Below are positions 30,119-39,998 of a stretch of DNA of 64,000 nt, piece after piece. Source of the stretch: Gemmatimonadales bacterium (lineage in GTDB: Bacteria; Gemmatimonadota; Gemmatimonadetes; Gemmatimonadales; GWC2-71-9); the NCBI GenBank assembly GCA_036500345.1, contig DASYCE010000012.1:43110-107109 (forward strand), given 5' to 3'. Each line of letters begins with the position of its first letter. Positions within the stretch are counted from its first letter, which is position 1. The notes beneath the pieces were generated by a model. The model searched no databases and was not told the origin of the DNA. It worked only from the letters and a program-made list of their open reading frames with translations. The position numbers and the translations under genes were made by a program.

Positions 30119-30260
30119 GGATCCTCCGGAAAGGGTTGGCGGTGGCGGCGGCGATGGACCGCGGCCAAGCGGGGACGAACATCGCCTGTTTTTCTAATAA
30201 GTCAAGTAGTTATTGTAGATATTGTGTTCCATCGGTCCCCCGGTTTGATTTCCTCCTGCG

Positions 30261-30887
30261 ATGCCCTCTTCACGCCGCCCAGATCCTGCCCCGTCCCGGT
30301 CGACCCGTGACCGGATTCTTCACCGGCTCCGCCTTCAGGCGATGACGGTTGATGAATTGGCGGAGCACGTCGGGTTGACCCCCAACGCGGTTCGATCGCA
30401 ATTGGCGGCACTCGTCGGCGACGGATTGGTGCGGGACGCCGGGGTGCGTCACGATGGCCAACCGGGCCAACCGGCGCGTCTCTTCGCGGCGACGGCTGAG
30501 GCCGAGGCAGGGCTCTCTACCGCATACGCCCCCGCACTGGCGGCGATCAGCCGGACGGTTGCGAGGCGGATGCCGGCCGCGCGGCAGGTGGAATTCTTCA
30601 GAACGGCGGGGGAGGAGCTCGCGACCCGAGTCGCCGTTCCACTGTCGCGGGATCCCGGTGAGGCTGCCCAGCACCTGCTGGAACAGCTGGGCGCTGCCGT
30701 CTCCCGGCGCCAAAACGGGGGAGTCGCTGTCGTGGAGGGGACGGCATGTCCGCTCGCCGACGCGGTGCGCGAATGCGCTGCCACGTGCGAGCTCGTGCGG
30801 GTGCTCCTCGCCGATCGCGTCGGCGTGCCTGTCGCGATGCACTGCGATCACGGCGAATCGCCGCGCTGCCGCTTCGAGGTTGGCTGA
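30261..30887 (+). CDS. SufR-like HTH regulator paralog with C-terminal Cys cluster
   Basis: wHTH ILHRLRLQAMTVDELAEHVGLTPNAVRSQLAALVGDGLV. The C-terminal TACPLADAVRECAATCELV...MHCDHGESPRCRFEV has the same overall architecture as the protein at 5663..6358. Confidence 0.7.
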   Translation: MPSSRRPDPAPSRSTRDRILHRLRLQAMTVDELAEHVGLTPNAVRSQLAALVGDGLVRDAGVRHDGQPGQPARLFAATAEAEAGLSTAYAPALAAISRTVARRMPAARQVEFFRTAGEELATRVAVPLSRDPGEAAQHLLEQLGAAVSRRQNGGVAVVEGTACPLADAVRECAATCELVRVLLADRVGVPVAMHCDHGESPRCRFEVG

Positions 30888-31020
30888 ACCAGCGTCACGC
30901 CGGGCGCTGGACCCGCGCTTCACGGCACCCACAGATCCACGTACCTTTGCATTGCACGCCGCCGATCGTGCCGGCGCGCGGATCGATCCTCCTTCCTCAC
31001 CAACGCAATCCGGACGTGTG

Positions 31021-32718
31021 ATGGCACTTCAACTTCGACGCGACGTCTACGATGTCTGCATCGTCGGATCGGGCGCGGGCGGCGGCATGGCGGCGTACGA
31101 GCTGACTCGCGCCGGTGCCAACGTCGTCCTCCTCGAAGCCGGCGGCCCCTGGGACAATACCACCGATTCAGACATGCTGGTGGCGCCATGGGAAACGCCG
31201 CGACGCGGGCGCGGTACGGCCGAGCGTCCATTCGGAGAACACGACGCATGCATCGGTGGCTGGAACGTTCCGGGAGAACCATTCACGACCGCGCCCGGCA
31301 CGCAGTTCGCCTGGTGGCGCGCGCGCATGGTCGGTGGCCGGACCAATCACTGGGGCCGGATCTCGCTCCGTTTCGGCCCCGACGACTTCAGACACAAGAC
31401 GCTCGACGGTCTCGGCTTCGACTGGCCGATCACGTATGACGACATTGCGCCCTACTACGACGAGATCGATCGGCTGATCGGGATCTTCGGAAGCCGCGAA
31501 GGACTCCACAATCACCCCGACGGAGACTTTCTTCCGGCGCCGACGCCACGCTGCTGGGAAGCGCTGGTGAAGAAGGCAGCCGACGCGCAGCACGTGACGT
31601 GCATCCCATCGCGGCTGTCGATCCTGACGCGGCCGCTCAATGGCCGGCCGGCGTGCCACTATTGCTCGCAGTGCAACCGCGGCTGCCGCGTCAACGCCAA
31701 CTTCACCTCGACCAACGTCCTGCTGCAGCCGGCGATGCGCACCGGCAAGCTCAAGCTGATCGCCAACGCGATGGCGCGCGAAGTGAGCATCGGGGCGAAT
31801 GGACTTGCGGACGGGGTGATCTACGTCGACAAGAACAGCCGCACCGAATCGAGGGTCGACGCCCGGATCGTGGTCCTCGCGGCGAGCGCCTGCGAAACAG
31901 CGCGGCTGCTCCTCAATTCGAATTCCTCGTCGCACTTCCCGCACGGCCTCGCCAACGCGAGCGGCGTGGTCGGCAAGTACATCACCGATACGGTGGGAAG
32001 CGACGTCGGCGGCTACGTCCCGGCGCTCGACAACCAGCCGCGCCACAATTGCGACGGCGTTGGTGGCGGTCACCTCTACATGCCGTGGTGGCTCGACAAC
32101 AAGAAACTCGATTTCCCGCGCGGCTATCACATCGAGATCTGGGGCGGGATGGGGATGCCGAGCTACGGATTCATGGGGAACATCGAGGACTATCCCGGGG
32201 ACGGCGGCTATGGTGCTTCGCTCAAGGCCGGCTATCGAAAATACTGGGGATCGACGATCGGCTTCTCCGGTCGCGGCGAGATGATCCCCAACGAGGACTC
32301 CTACTGCGAAATCGACCCGCGCATGGTCGATCAGTGGGGGATCCCGGTGCTCCGTTTTCACTGGAAGTGGAGCGATCACGAACTCAACCAGAGCCGGCAC
32401 ATGCAGGAAACCTTCCGCGCGCTCCTGCACGAAATGGGTGCGGAAGTCTGGTCGAAGATGCCGACGCGCGAAGAACAGTACGGAATCTCGACCGGCGGCT
32501 CGATCATTCACGAAGTGGGCGGGGCGCGGATGGGTGACTCCGCGAGCACCAGCGCGCTGAATCCGCACTGTCAGGCGTGGGATTGCAAGAATCTGTTCGT
32601 GACCGACGGCGCACCGTTCGTGACCCAGGCCGACAAGAATCCCACCTGGACGATCCTCGCCCTGTCGCTACGCACCTCACGCTACATCGCCGAGCAGCGG
32701 AAGGGAGGCGCGCTGTGA
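31021..32718 (+). CDS. GMC-family FAD oxidoreductase (gluconate 2-dehydrogenase / glucoside 3-dehydrogenase-like large subunit)
   Basis: YDVCIVGSGAGGGMAAYELTRAGANVVLLEAGG Rossmann motif. C-terminal IHEVGGARMG and NLFVTDGAPF blocks. The track ORF from 30454 is an artefactual extension. Confidence 0.88.
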   Translation: MALQLRRDVYDVCIVGSGAGGGMAAYELTRAGANVVLLEAGGPWDNTTDSDMLVAPWETPRRGRGTAERPFGEHDACIGGWNVPGEPFTTAPGTQFAWWRARMVGGRTNHWGRISLRFGPDDFRHKTLDGLGFDWPITYDDIAPYYDEIDRLIGIFGSREGLHNHPDGDFLPAPTPRCWEALVKKAADAQHVTCIPSRLSILTRPLNGRPACHYCSQCNRGCRVNANFTSTNVLLQPAMRTGKLKLIANAMAREVSIGANGLADGVIYVDKNSRTESRVDARIVVLAASACETARLLLNSNSSSHFPHGLANASGVVGKYITDTVGSDVGGYVPALDNQPRHNCDGVGGGHLYMPWWLDNKKLDFPRGYHIEIWGGMGMPSYGFMGNIEDYPGDGGYGASLKAGYRKYWGSTIGFSGRGEMIPNEDSYCEIDPRMVDQWGIPVLRFHWKWSDHELNQSRHMQETFRALLHEMGAEVWSKMPTREEQYGISTGGSIIHEVGGARMGDSASTSALNPHCQAWDCKNLFVTDGAPFVTQADKNPTWTILALSLRTSRYIAEQRKGGAL

Positions 32719-33305
32719 CCGATCTATCCCGGCGCGAGGTGGTGGCTGCAATGGCCGCGGCTGCCGGCGCGTTCATGATTCCGAAACCGGCCGAAGCGGC
32801 CCGGGTGGCGCAGATCGTCGCGCGGGAACGTCGCCGCGGCTATGCGCCGAAGGTGTACACCCCGCACGAATGGGCGACGGTATCACTGCTGGTCGACCTC
32901 ATCATCCCCAAGGACACAGTGAGCGGTGCCGCGACTGAGGCCGCTGTTCCGGAATTCATGGATACGATGCTCGATCTCGAGCCCGGAATGCGAACCGCGC
33001 ATCGCGGCGGACTCGCGTGGCTCGACGACGAAAGCCATCGCCGTCACCAGCACGACTTCGTCGATCTCGCCGATGCGGAACGCCGCGAGATACTCGACGC
33101 GATCGCGTATCCGACGCGCGCCCGCCCCGAAATGGCGCGCGCGGTGGCATGGTTCAGTTCGTTCCGCGCCTTCACCGCAACCGGCTTCTTTACCTCCGAG
33201 ATCGGTGTCACCGATCTCGGCTACCAGGGCAACACCGTCGTCCCGGAATGGACCGGTTGTCCGGCAGAGAACTATTCCCGGCTCGGCGTCTCGAAGCCGT
33301 CGTAG
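32715..33305 (+). CDS. Gluconate 2-dehydrogenase subunit 3 family protein (Tat signal-bearing small subunit)
   Basis: GTG 32715 overlaps the GMC stop. Twin-arginine signal LSRREVVAAMAAAAGAF. Its position next to a GMC flavoprotein is typical. Confidence 0.8.
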   Translation: MTDLSRREVVAAMAAAAGAFMIPKPAEAARVAQIVARERRRGYAPKVYTPHEWATVSLLVDLIIPKDTVSGAATEAAVPEFMDTMLDLEPGMRTAHRGGLAWLDDESHRRHQHDFVDLADAERREILDAIAYPTRARPEMARAVAWFSSFRAFTATGFFTSEIGVTDLGYQGNTVVPEWTGCPAENYSRLGVSKPS

Positions 33306-33325
33306 GGCGTCTGTCTCCAGATCGG

Positions 33326-34567
33326 ATGATCATGAAGCGACTCGGTGTGGGTTTCATCGGTTCGGGATTCAATACGCGTTTCCATATCCAGGGGTGGACC
33401 GGCGTTCGCGACGCTGATGTACTCGGCGTCTGGAGCCCCAACGGGCGCAACGCAGCAAGTGCCGCTCGCCTCGCCCGCGAAACCGGGGTGGGCGACGCGA
33501 AGGCGTTTCGCAGCATCACCGACATGGTCGCCGATCCTTCGATCGACGCGATCTGGCTCTGCGGCCCGAATCAGGCGCGGATCGAAAACGTCGAGGAAGT
33601 CTGCGACGCGGTGATCCGCGGCAAGGGAGAGCTACGCGGGATCGCCTGCGAGAAGCCGCTGGCGCGCACCGTCGCCGAGGCAAAGAAAATCCGCGCGCTG
33701 GTGGAGCGAGCAGGGATCGCGCACGGATATCTCGAGAATCAGCTTTTCTCGCCGGGGATCGTCCGTGGACGCCAGCTGATCTGGGCGCGCGGCGCCCGCA
33801 CCACCGGGCGACCATACCTTGCCCGCGCCGCCGAAGAGCATTCCGGTCCCCACAACGCCTGGTTCTGGCAAGGGGAGAAACAGGGCGGCGGCGTTCTCAA
33901 CGACATGATGTGCCACTCGATCGAAGTGGTGCGCTTTCTTCTCACCGAGCCGGGGAAGCCGCGCGCGTCACTGACGCCGGTGAGCGTCGACGGGCGGATC
34001 GCGTCGCTGAAGTGGAGCCGCCCAGCCTACGCGCGCGAACTGAAAGCGCGGTTCGGCAAGGAGGTCGATTATCGGCGCCACCCGTCGGAGGATTTCGCAT
34101 CGGTCACGGTGACCTACCGGACCAGCGACGGAGAGACTGCGGTCGGCGAGGCGACCACGTCGTGGAGCTTTGTCGGTCCAGGTCTCCGGCTCTCCGGCGA
34201 ATTGCTCGGCCCCGAATACTCGATGACATGGAACACGCTGAACTCGGAGCTCGCCTGTTTCTTCTCGCGACAGGTGCACGGTGCAGCCGGCGAGGACCTG
34301 GTCGAAAAGCAGAACGCCGAAACCGGATTGATGCCGGTCGTTCCGGATGAAGCCGCGACGTACGGCTACGTCGCGGAGGATCGGCATTTCGTTCGGGCAT
34401 TTCTCGGGCTTGAGGAACCGATGTTGACCTGGGATGACGGCGTGGAGGTGATGAAGATTCTCATGGCCGCGTACCAGAGTGCAGAACAGGGGAAGACGCT
34501 CGCGTTTCCGCCGCGCGGGCTCGACAGCTTCGTCCCGGCGGTGGCGAAAGGCACATGGCAGCCATAA
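33326..34567 (+). CDS. Gfo/Idh/MocA family NAD(P)-dependent oxidoreductase
   Basis: MIMKRLGVGFIGSGFNTRFHIQGW Rossmann N-terminus, CEKPLA motif, EEHSGPH. Confidence 0.88.
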   Translation: MIMKRLGVGFIGSGFNTRFHIQGWTGVRDADVLGVWSPNGRNAASAARLARETGVGDAKAFRSITDMVADPSIDAIWLCGPNQARIENVEEVCDAVIRGKGELRGIACEKPLARTVAEAKKIRALVERAGIAHGYLENQLFSPGIVRGRQLIWARGARTTGRPYLARAAEEHSGPHNAWFWQGEKQGGGVLNDMMCHSIEVVRFLLTEPGKPRASLTPVSVDGRIASLKWSRPAYARELKARFGKEVDYRRHPSEDFASVTVTYRTSDGETAVGEATTSWSFVGPGLRLSGELLGPEYSMTWNTLNSELACFFSRQVHGAAGEDLVEKQNAETGLMPVVPDEAATYGYVAEDRHFVRAFLGLEEPMLTWDDGVEVMKILMAAYQSAEQGKTLAFPPRGLDSFVPAVAKGTWQP

Positions 34568-34926
34568 CCCGCCGCGGCGCGGCCGCGATCCCGAACGAAC
34601 TGACCTCCACCACCTTCGAGATTCCCGGTTGCCGGGTCGTCGAATCACTCGGCATTGTGCGCGGAATCGTGGTGCGGTCGCGCTCGATCTTCGGCAACAT
34701 CGGCGCGAAGATCGAGACGATTTTCGGCGGCAACATCTCCTTCTACACCACGCTCTGTGAACGCACCCGTGAGAACGCGTTCGAGCTGATGGTGGCTCAT
34801 GCGCAGAACGTCGGTGCCAACGCCGTGATCGGCGTTCGGTACGATGCAACCGAAATCATGTCGGGTGTGACCGAGGTGCTCTGCTACGGTACTGCCGTCG
34901 TGGCCGAAGCGACGGACCCGGGATAA
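34555..34926 (+). CDS. YbjQ/UPF0145 family protein
   Basis: LGIVRGIVVRSRSIFGNIGA...GANAVIGVRYDATEIMSGVTEVLCYGTAV is the typical YbjQ pattern. Confidence 0.85.
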   Translation: MAAITRRGAAAIPNELTSTTFEIPGCRVVESLGIVRGIVVRSRSIFGNIGAKIETIFGGNISFYTTLCERTRENAFELMVAHAQNVGANAVIGVRYDATEIMSGVTEVLCYGTAVVAEATDPG

Positions 34927-34942
34927 GCGATCGAGGCCGCCG

Positions 34943-35257
34943 ATGCGCACGAAGGATGGCGTTCCGTGTTTCATCTATCCGGTATTCCGTGCCGACGACG
35001 TCCTGTCGTCGTTCTTCGGCGCGGTGAGCTTGACGGCGGCGTTTTATGTCGCCAACAAGGTCGGTGCAAGCCTGCGCGAGAATGTGGTTGACTTCGTCGC
35101 AACGTTCATCGCCGGTGTTGTTGTCCTTGCCGGGCTGCGAGGGTGGGGTCTTCTCCGGGATGCGGGCGACCGGCGCTTCATCGAGCGCCAACAGCGGGAG
35201 ATCCGGGAGGAAGCGGCGGCACGCGCCGCCGCAGACCAACTTCAGCGCCCGACCTGA
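34943..35257 (+). CDS. Hypothetical membrane protein (two predicted TM helices plus a charged tail)
   Basis: Coding-like GC3. TM segments VLSSFFGAVSLTAAFYVA and FVATFIAGVVVLAGL. Confidence 0.5.
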   Translation: MRTKDGVPCFIYPVFRADDVLSSFFGAVSLTAAFYVANKVGASLRENVVDFVATFIAGVVVLAGLRGWGLLRDAGDRRFIERQQREIREEAAARAAADQLQRPT

Positions 35258-35920
35258 TCAGGGCGAAGTGTCGTGTGCGGCAACGCTCGCGCGGATTGCG
35301 TTGACCTTCGCCGCGTCGGTCGTTCGAAAATGGAGTTCGCGCACGCCGGTCGCCGCGACCAACTGCGCCGAGTTCTCCGGTGTGACCTTCCCACCCGCCA
35401 TGATCACGATTCGCTCGCGGGCCCGCTCGACCAACACAGCAATCCGATCGCGCCCCTCCCACGCAGTTGCGGCACCGCCGGATGTCAGCACTCGATCAAC
35501 GCCCAGGTCGATGAGCGCCTCCAGCGCCTCGATCTGATCGGTGATTTCGTCGAACGCCTTGTGAAAGGTCAGCCGCACTCCGGGGCCCGCGACCGCGCGA
35601 AGCGACTGCACCAGCGAGCGATCGACGAGGCCGCCATCGGTCAGTCCACCGATCACCGCACCGCGCGCACCCGCATCCGTGAACGCGCGCAAGGCCTCCG
35701 CCATCCGATCGGTCTCGGCGGGCCGAAAGACAAAGCTCCCGCCGCGGGGACGAACCATCGGATAGGCGACGACGTCCAGTGCGAGGAGTTGCCGGAGCGC
35801 GCTCGAATCAGGCGCGAGTCCACCGACATCGAGCGCGCTGCACAACTCGATCCGGTCGGCGCCCCCGTAGTGCGCCTGCAGGCCTGCGTCGATCGAATCG
35901 ACGCAGGCTTCGAGGATCAC
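35258..35920 (-). CDS. cutC: Copper homeostasis protein CutC family
   Basis: MILEACVDSIDAGLQAHYGGADRIELCSALDVGGLAP, MVRPRGGSF, FHKAFD, LTSGG. Confidence 0.9.
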   Translation of the reverse strand: MILEACVDSIDAGLQAHYGGADRIELCSALDVGGLAPDSSALRQLLALDVVAYPMVRPRGGSFVFRPAETDRMAEALRAFTDAGARGAVIGGLTDGGLVDRSLVQSLRAVAGPGVRLTFHKAFDEITDQIEALEALIDLGVDRVLTSGGAATAWEGRDRIAVLVERARERIVIMAGGKVTPENSAQLVAATGVRELHFRTTDAAKVNAIRASVAAHDTSP

Positions 35921-35921
35921 G

Positions 35922-37115
35922 CTACGCCGCCTGCATCCGCCCGGGGCGGAATGTCAGGGCGAAGAGAACGAAAATGACTGCCGCGCCGGTGGCCGGAACC
36001 ATCCAGATCGCGGGCCAGTTGTGCACCGTCGGTGACGACGCGTAGCTGCCGACCACATGCCCGGACACGAACGCGCCGATGAAGTATCCGACGCCGTTGG
36101 TGAGAAAGTTGAGGAAGCCCTGCGCGGCACCGCGGATCCTGGGACCGGCGCGCTCGTCGGTATAGATCTGACCGGCGACGAAGAAGAAGTCGTAGCAGAC
36201 GCCGTGCAGCGCAATCCCGATCCAGATCAGCCACATCATGTCGGTGGCGTTGCCGTGCGCGAACGCGAAGTATCTGAGCGCCCACGCCGCCATCCCGCCG
36301 AGCATGATCCCCTTGATGCCGAACCGCTTGAGCAGGATCGGCAGCGCAAGGAGGAAGCAGAGCTCCGACCACTGGCCAAAGGTCTGGATGAAGGCGGCGT
36401 CCTTCACGCCGATCTCGTTGAGGAACGGATTGGCGAAGGAGTAGTAGAACTGCAACGGAATGCAGAGGAGGAACGACCCGAGGCAGAAGATCAGAAAGGA
36501 GCGATCCTGCAGCAGCGACAATGCGTCGAGCCCCAGAGCGTCGCGGACCGAGAACGGCGTCCCGGCGGCCTTCGGTGGCGTGTGCGGCAGCATCAACGCG
36601 TAGACCCCCATTACCGCCGACGCGCCGGCCGCGATCCGCATCGGGAGCGCGAGCGCGTCGGCGTGGAGCACCTTCCCGATCAGCGTCCCCGCCACGATCC
36701 ACCCGATCGTCCCGAGAACGCGGATCATCGGGAAGGTCCGCCCGGGATCATCAACGTGATGGAAGGCCACCGAATTGGTGAGCGAGAGCGTCGGCATGAA
36801 ACAGAGGGCGTACAGGATCAACAGCACGTAGAACGAACCGAACGAGGTCTGCATCGAGACCAGGTACATCACCACCGCGCCGAGGAGATGGAGCACCGCC
36901 AGGAGTTTTTCCGACGAGAAGAAACGATCGGCGACCATTCCGATGAAGAACGGCGACACCAGCGCCGCGATCGCTGTGGCGCCGTACGCCAGACCCACCT
37001 GTGTTCCGCTGAATTGCCGCGTTGCCGAGAGATAGGTCCCCATGGTGACGAACCAGCTTCCCCAGATGAAATACTCGAGGAACATCATCGCCTGCAGCCG
37101 CGGCCGGGTACTCAT
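35922..37115 (-). CDS. MFS nucleoside:H+ symporter family (NupG/XapB-like) permease
   Basis: [35 protein letters not shown] and [30 protein letters not shown] match the NupG pattern. Start at ATG 37115, overlapping the upstream stop. Confidence 0.85.
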   Translation of the reverse strand: MSTRPRLQAMMFLEYFIWGSWFVTMGTYLSATRQFSGTQVGLAYGATAIAALVSPFFIGMVADRFFSSEKLLAVLHLLGAVVMYLVSMQTSFGSFYVLLILYALCFMPTLSLTNSVAFHHVDDPGRTFPMIRVLGTIGWIVAGTLIGKVLHADALALPMRIAAGASAVMGVYALMLPHTPPKAAGTPFSVRDALGLDALSLLQDRSFLIFCLGSFLLCIPLQFYYSFANPFLNEIGVKDAAFIQTFGQWSELCFLLALPILLKRFGIKGIMLGGMAAWALRYFAFAHGNATDMMWLIWIGIALHGVCYDFFFVAGQIYTDERAGPRIRGAAQGFLNFLTNGVGYFIGAFVSGHVVGSYASSPTVHNWPAIWMVPATGAAVIFVLFALTFRPGRMQAA

Positions 37116-37834
37116 GAGAAGTCCTTGATGCGGATATTGCGGAACCAGACGGTCCCACCGTGCGACTGCAGGCCGATGTGCCCGCGTCGCGACTTGCCGA
37201 ACGTCTGCCAGTCCTTGAACTTGCTCGCCGCAATCTTCGCCAGCATCTCTTTCGAATCGAAATTGACATCCACCGTGCGCACGCCGTTGAGCCAGTACTG
37301 CACCTTCGAGCCGTGCACGATGATCTTGACGGTGTTCCACTCGCCGAACGGCTTGGCGAGGGCGATCGGTGCCGGATAGAGCGCATAGAGCGAACCGGCA
37401 GCAGTGAGCGGCGACTTGCCGTCGGGATGGCCGGCGTTGTCGAGGACCTGCATTTCGGGCGAATTCTCGTAGATCTCGCCGGTTCCCTCATTGGCCCAGA
37501 TGAAGATCCCGCTGTTGGCGCCTTGCGCAACCTTCCACTCGAGGTCGAGTTCGAACGAGCTGTATTGCTGGTCGCTCACCAGATCCTTGTCGATGCCGTC
37601 GGTCCGAATCCACCCGCTGTCGACGCGCCAGCCGCGGGTCACGCCGATTGGTTGCTGGTAGGTGTGCCACCCGAAGAGCGTCCGTCCATCGAACAGCGAC
37701 GTCCAGCCGCCCGCCCGCAGCGAATCCCGTGGCGTCAGCGCGGTATCGCGCGATCGCCGGCCATTCCCGCCGCAGGCCGTGAGGATCAGGACGAGGGCCG
37801 GGAGGGCTCTCGAAAGCATCGCGCGTCGCAACAT
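37112..37834 (-). CDS. DUF1080 (3-keto-disaccharide hydrolase-like) lipoprotein
   Basis: Lipobox [44 protein letters not shown]. Confidence 0.85.
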   Translation of the reverse strand: MLRRAMLSRALPALVLILTACGGNGRRSRDTALTPRDSLRAGGWTSLFDGRTLFGWHTYQQPIGVTRGWRVDSGWIRTDGIDKDLVSDQQYSSFELDLEWKVAQGANSGIFIWANEGTGEIYENSPEMQVLDNAGHPDGKSPLTAAGSLYALYPAPIALAKPFGEWNTVKIIVHGSKVQYWLNGVRTVDVNFDSKEMLAKIAASKFKDWQTFGKSRRGHIGLQSHGGTVWFRNIRIKDFS

Positions 37835-37879
37835 GGAAATACCTCGGCGAGAATGGACAGGTCGGCTGACAGGCGAAGG

Positions 37880-39922
37880 TTACGGGGAACCCGAAGATGA
37901 CGGAAGGTCCGCCGTGGCGTTGATCAGGATGCGGACGGCGTCGGCCGACGTGGGCCGCAACGGCCCGAAGCTTCGTTGCCGCGCCAGTCGGGTGACCAGT
38001 GAGTCCGACGATGCCCGCCAGGTGGAGGTGGGCGCCGCGCGCCGCGCCAGGATGTCGAGCGCCGTGGTGCCGAGTTGCCCCAGATCGAAAAGCGCGGCGG
38101 CGACCGGTGCGGCGTCGGTCGCCGCCGGGAATTGGGCGTGGGCCGCAGCGAGCCGGCCTTGCAGCGACATCATCTCGCTGAAATCCGCGCGCAGTTGTGC
38201 CACGGCGACCGTATCGCCTTTCGCCGCGCGTCGCGCCCGTCCCATCATGTCCCAGCTACGATGTGGATCGGCGACCGCGGCGTCGATCAGTCTGGTGTGC
38301 GGCACCATCTGGTTCGGCCCGCTGCCGCCGAAATCGGGAGGCCGCACGAAATCGAGGAGTGCTTCGAAGAGCGCAGTCGAGTCGCCGCCGAATCGCCGGA
38401 CCATCCTGCGGCCATGATCGATCTCGTCGATGCCGATCCCGTCAAGTTCGCGCGACAGCGGGTCGAGGCGGCGATACATGTCGGAGACGTCGTTCACGCT
38501 CGCCGGCGACCAGAATCGCTCGGCGATCACGGCAAGCCTCGGCCAGATTCTCGAGTCGATCGTCTCCGGCGTGACATACTCGCTCCACATGCACGCTTCG
38601 CCGCCCAGGACGCGGGCCTGCTCATCGGGGGTCAGCGTGGTCCCGGCAGGGATCGGGTCCGGGAGGTAGAAGTCCGATGCCGGCTTCTGATGGTCGATGT
38701 AATAGGGCGCTGAGAGGATGCCGCGAAACCCCGCCTTGGCGGACTTGGCCAGTGCGTCGGAACTGCGCCACGACTGGATCACTGCCGCGGTGGGGAGATC
38801 AGGCTGGAAGATCTCGTCCCAGCCGACGGGGATCCTGTGGTGTTTCTGCACGATCGCGAAGAGCCGCTTGTTGAACGCCGTCTGGAGCGCGACCTCGTCC
38901 TGAATGCTGTGGGCTTTCATCCACGATTGAATCGCCGGGCTCTGATGCCACTGCACCGGCTCGACCTCATCGCCACCGATGTGCCAGTACTGATCCGGGA
39001 ACAGCGCCGAGATCTCGCCGATGAACGCGTCGAGAAACTTGTAGGTCGACTCGCGGGTCGGGTCCATCGTCGGCGGAAAGGTCCCCCACGTCCGCGCGAT
39101 GGCGAACGGACCGGGGCCGCTGGCGAGATCGGGATACCCGACGAACCACGCCGACGAATGGCCCGGCATGTCGAACTCAGGCATCACCCGGATCCCGCGA
39201 TCGGCGGCGTACGCCACGACGTCCCGAATCTGGTCCTGCGTGTAGAACTGCGAGTCGGAACCGAACTGCTGCAGGCGCGGAAAGACGCGGCTCTCGACGC
39301 GGAACCCCTGATCGTCCGAGAGATGCCAATGGAAGACATTGAGCTTGACGATTGCCATCCCGTCGAGCGTCCGCTTGATCACGTCAACCGGCTCGAAATG
39401 GCGTGAGACATCCAGGAGCAGGCCGCGCCAGCGGAATCTCGGCACATCCCGGATGTCGACGCCCTGGATGAAGGTCCCCCGCCCGTCGGTGGCCTGCAGC
39501 TGAAGGAAGGTCTCCATGCCGCGCAACGCACCGACGACGGTGTTGGCCTGCAGAACCGCCTGCGTGTCGCCGACGGTGAGGCGGTACGACTCGTCTTCAT
39601 TCAGGTCGGGTATCGCATCCCCTTGTCCCGCGACATCCACCACCAGCGTCGCCGTCCTCTCCGTACCGAACGTTGGCGGGATCGGGGCACCGAGCCGAGC
39701 AGACAGGCGCGCCGTCATGCGCGCGAGCCCGCGTTCGAGCCTGCCGTCTCGATGGTGGACGATGCCGATGCGGAACGAACTGTCGACCGACAGCCGAGCT
39801 GTGGTCACCGTGAGCGCTGCCGGGACCGGCATCAGGGAAAGCGTGGCGGGGCTTTGCGGAGCCTGCGCCGCAGCGACGGACGCGGTGGCCATGCCGGCCA
39901 CGAGCAGAAATATTGTGCGCAT
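37880..39922 (-). CDS. Beta-N-acetylhexosaminidase (GH20)
   Basis: Signal peptide MRTIFLLVAGMATASVAAAQA. RFRWRGLLLDVSRHF, FHWHLSDDQGFR, EFDMPGH, HIGGDE. Confidence 0.9.
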   Translation of the reverse strand: MRTIFLLVAGMATASVAAAQAPQSPATLSLMPVPAALTVTTARLSVDSSFRIGIVHHRDGRLERGLARMTARLSARLGAPIPPTFGTERTATLVVDVAGQGDAIPDLNEDESYRLTVGDTQAVLQANTVVGALRGMETFLQLQATDGRGTFIQGVDIRDVPRFRWRGLLLDVSRHFEPVDVIKRTLDGMAIVKLNVFHWHLSDDQGFRVESRVFPRLQQFGSDSQFYTQDQIRDVVAYAADRGIRVMPEFDMPGHSSAWFVGYPDLASGPGPFAIARTWGTFPPTMDPTRESTYKFLDAFIGEISALFPDQYWHIGGDEVEPVQWHQSPAIQSWMKAHSIQDEVALQTAFNKRLFAIVQKHHRIPVGWDEIFQPDLPTAAVIQSWRSSDALAKSAKAGFRGILSAPYYIDHQKPASDFYLPDPIPAGTTLTPDEQARVLGGEACMWSEYVTPETIDSRIWPRLAVIAERFWSPASVNDVSDMYRRLDPLSRELDGIGIDEIDHGRRMVRRFGGDSTALFEALLDFVRPPDFGGSGPNQMVPHTRLIDAAVADPHRSWDMMGRARRAAKGDTVAVAQLRADFSEMMSLQGRLAAAHAQFPAATDAAPVAAALFDLGQLGTTALDILARRAAPTSTWRASSDSLVTRLARQRSFGPLRPTSADAVRILINATADLPSSSGSP

Positions 39923-39998
39923 GAGCGAACCGGGAGACGAGACAGCGGAAAGATGGCGGCGCGCGCAGCAAAGGTGAACGCCCGGGCCGAGCCCCGTC

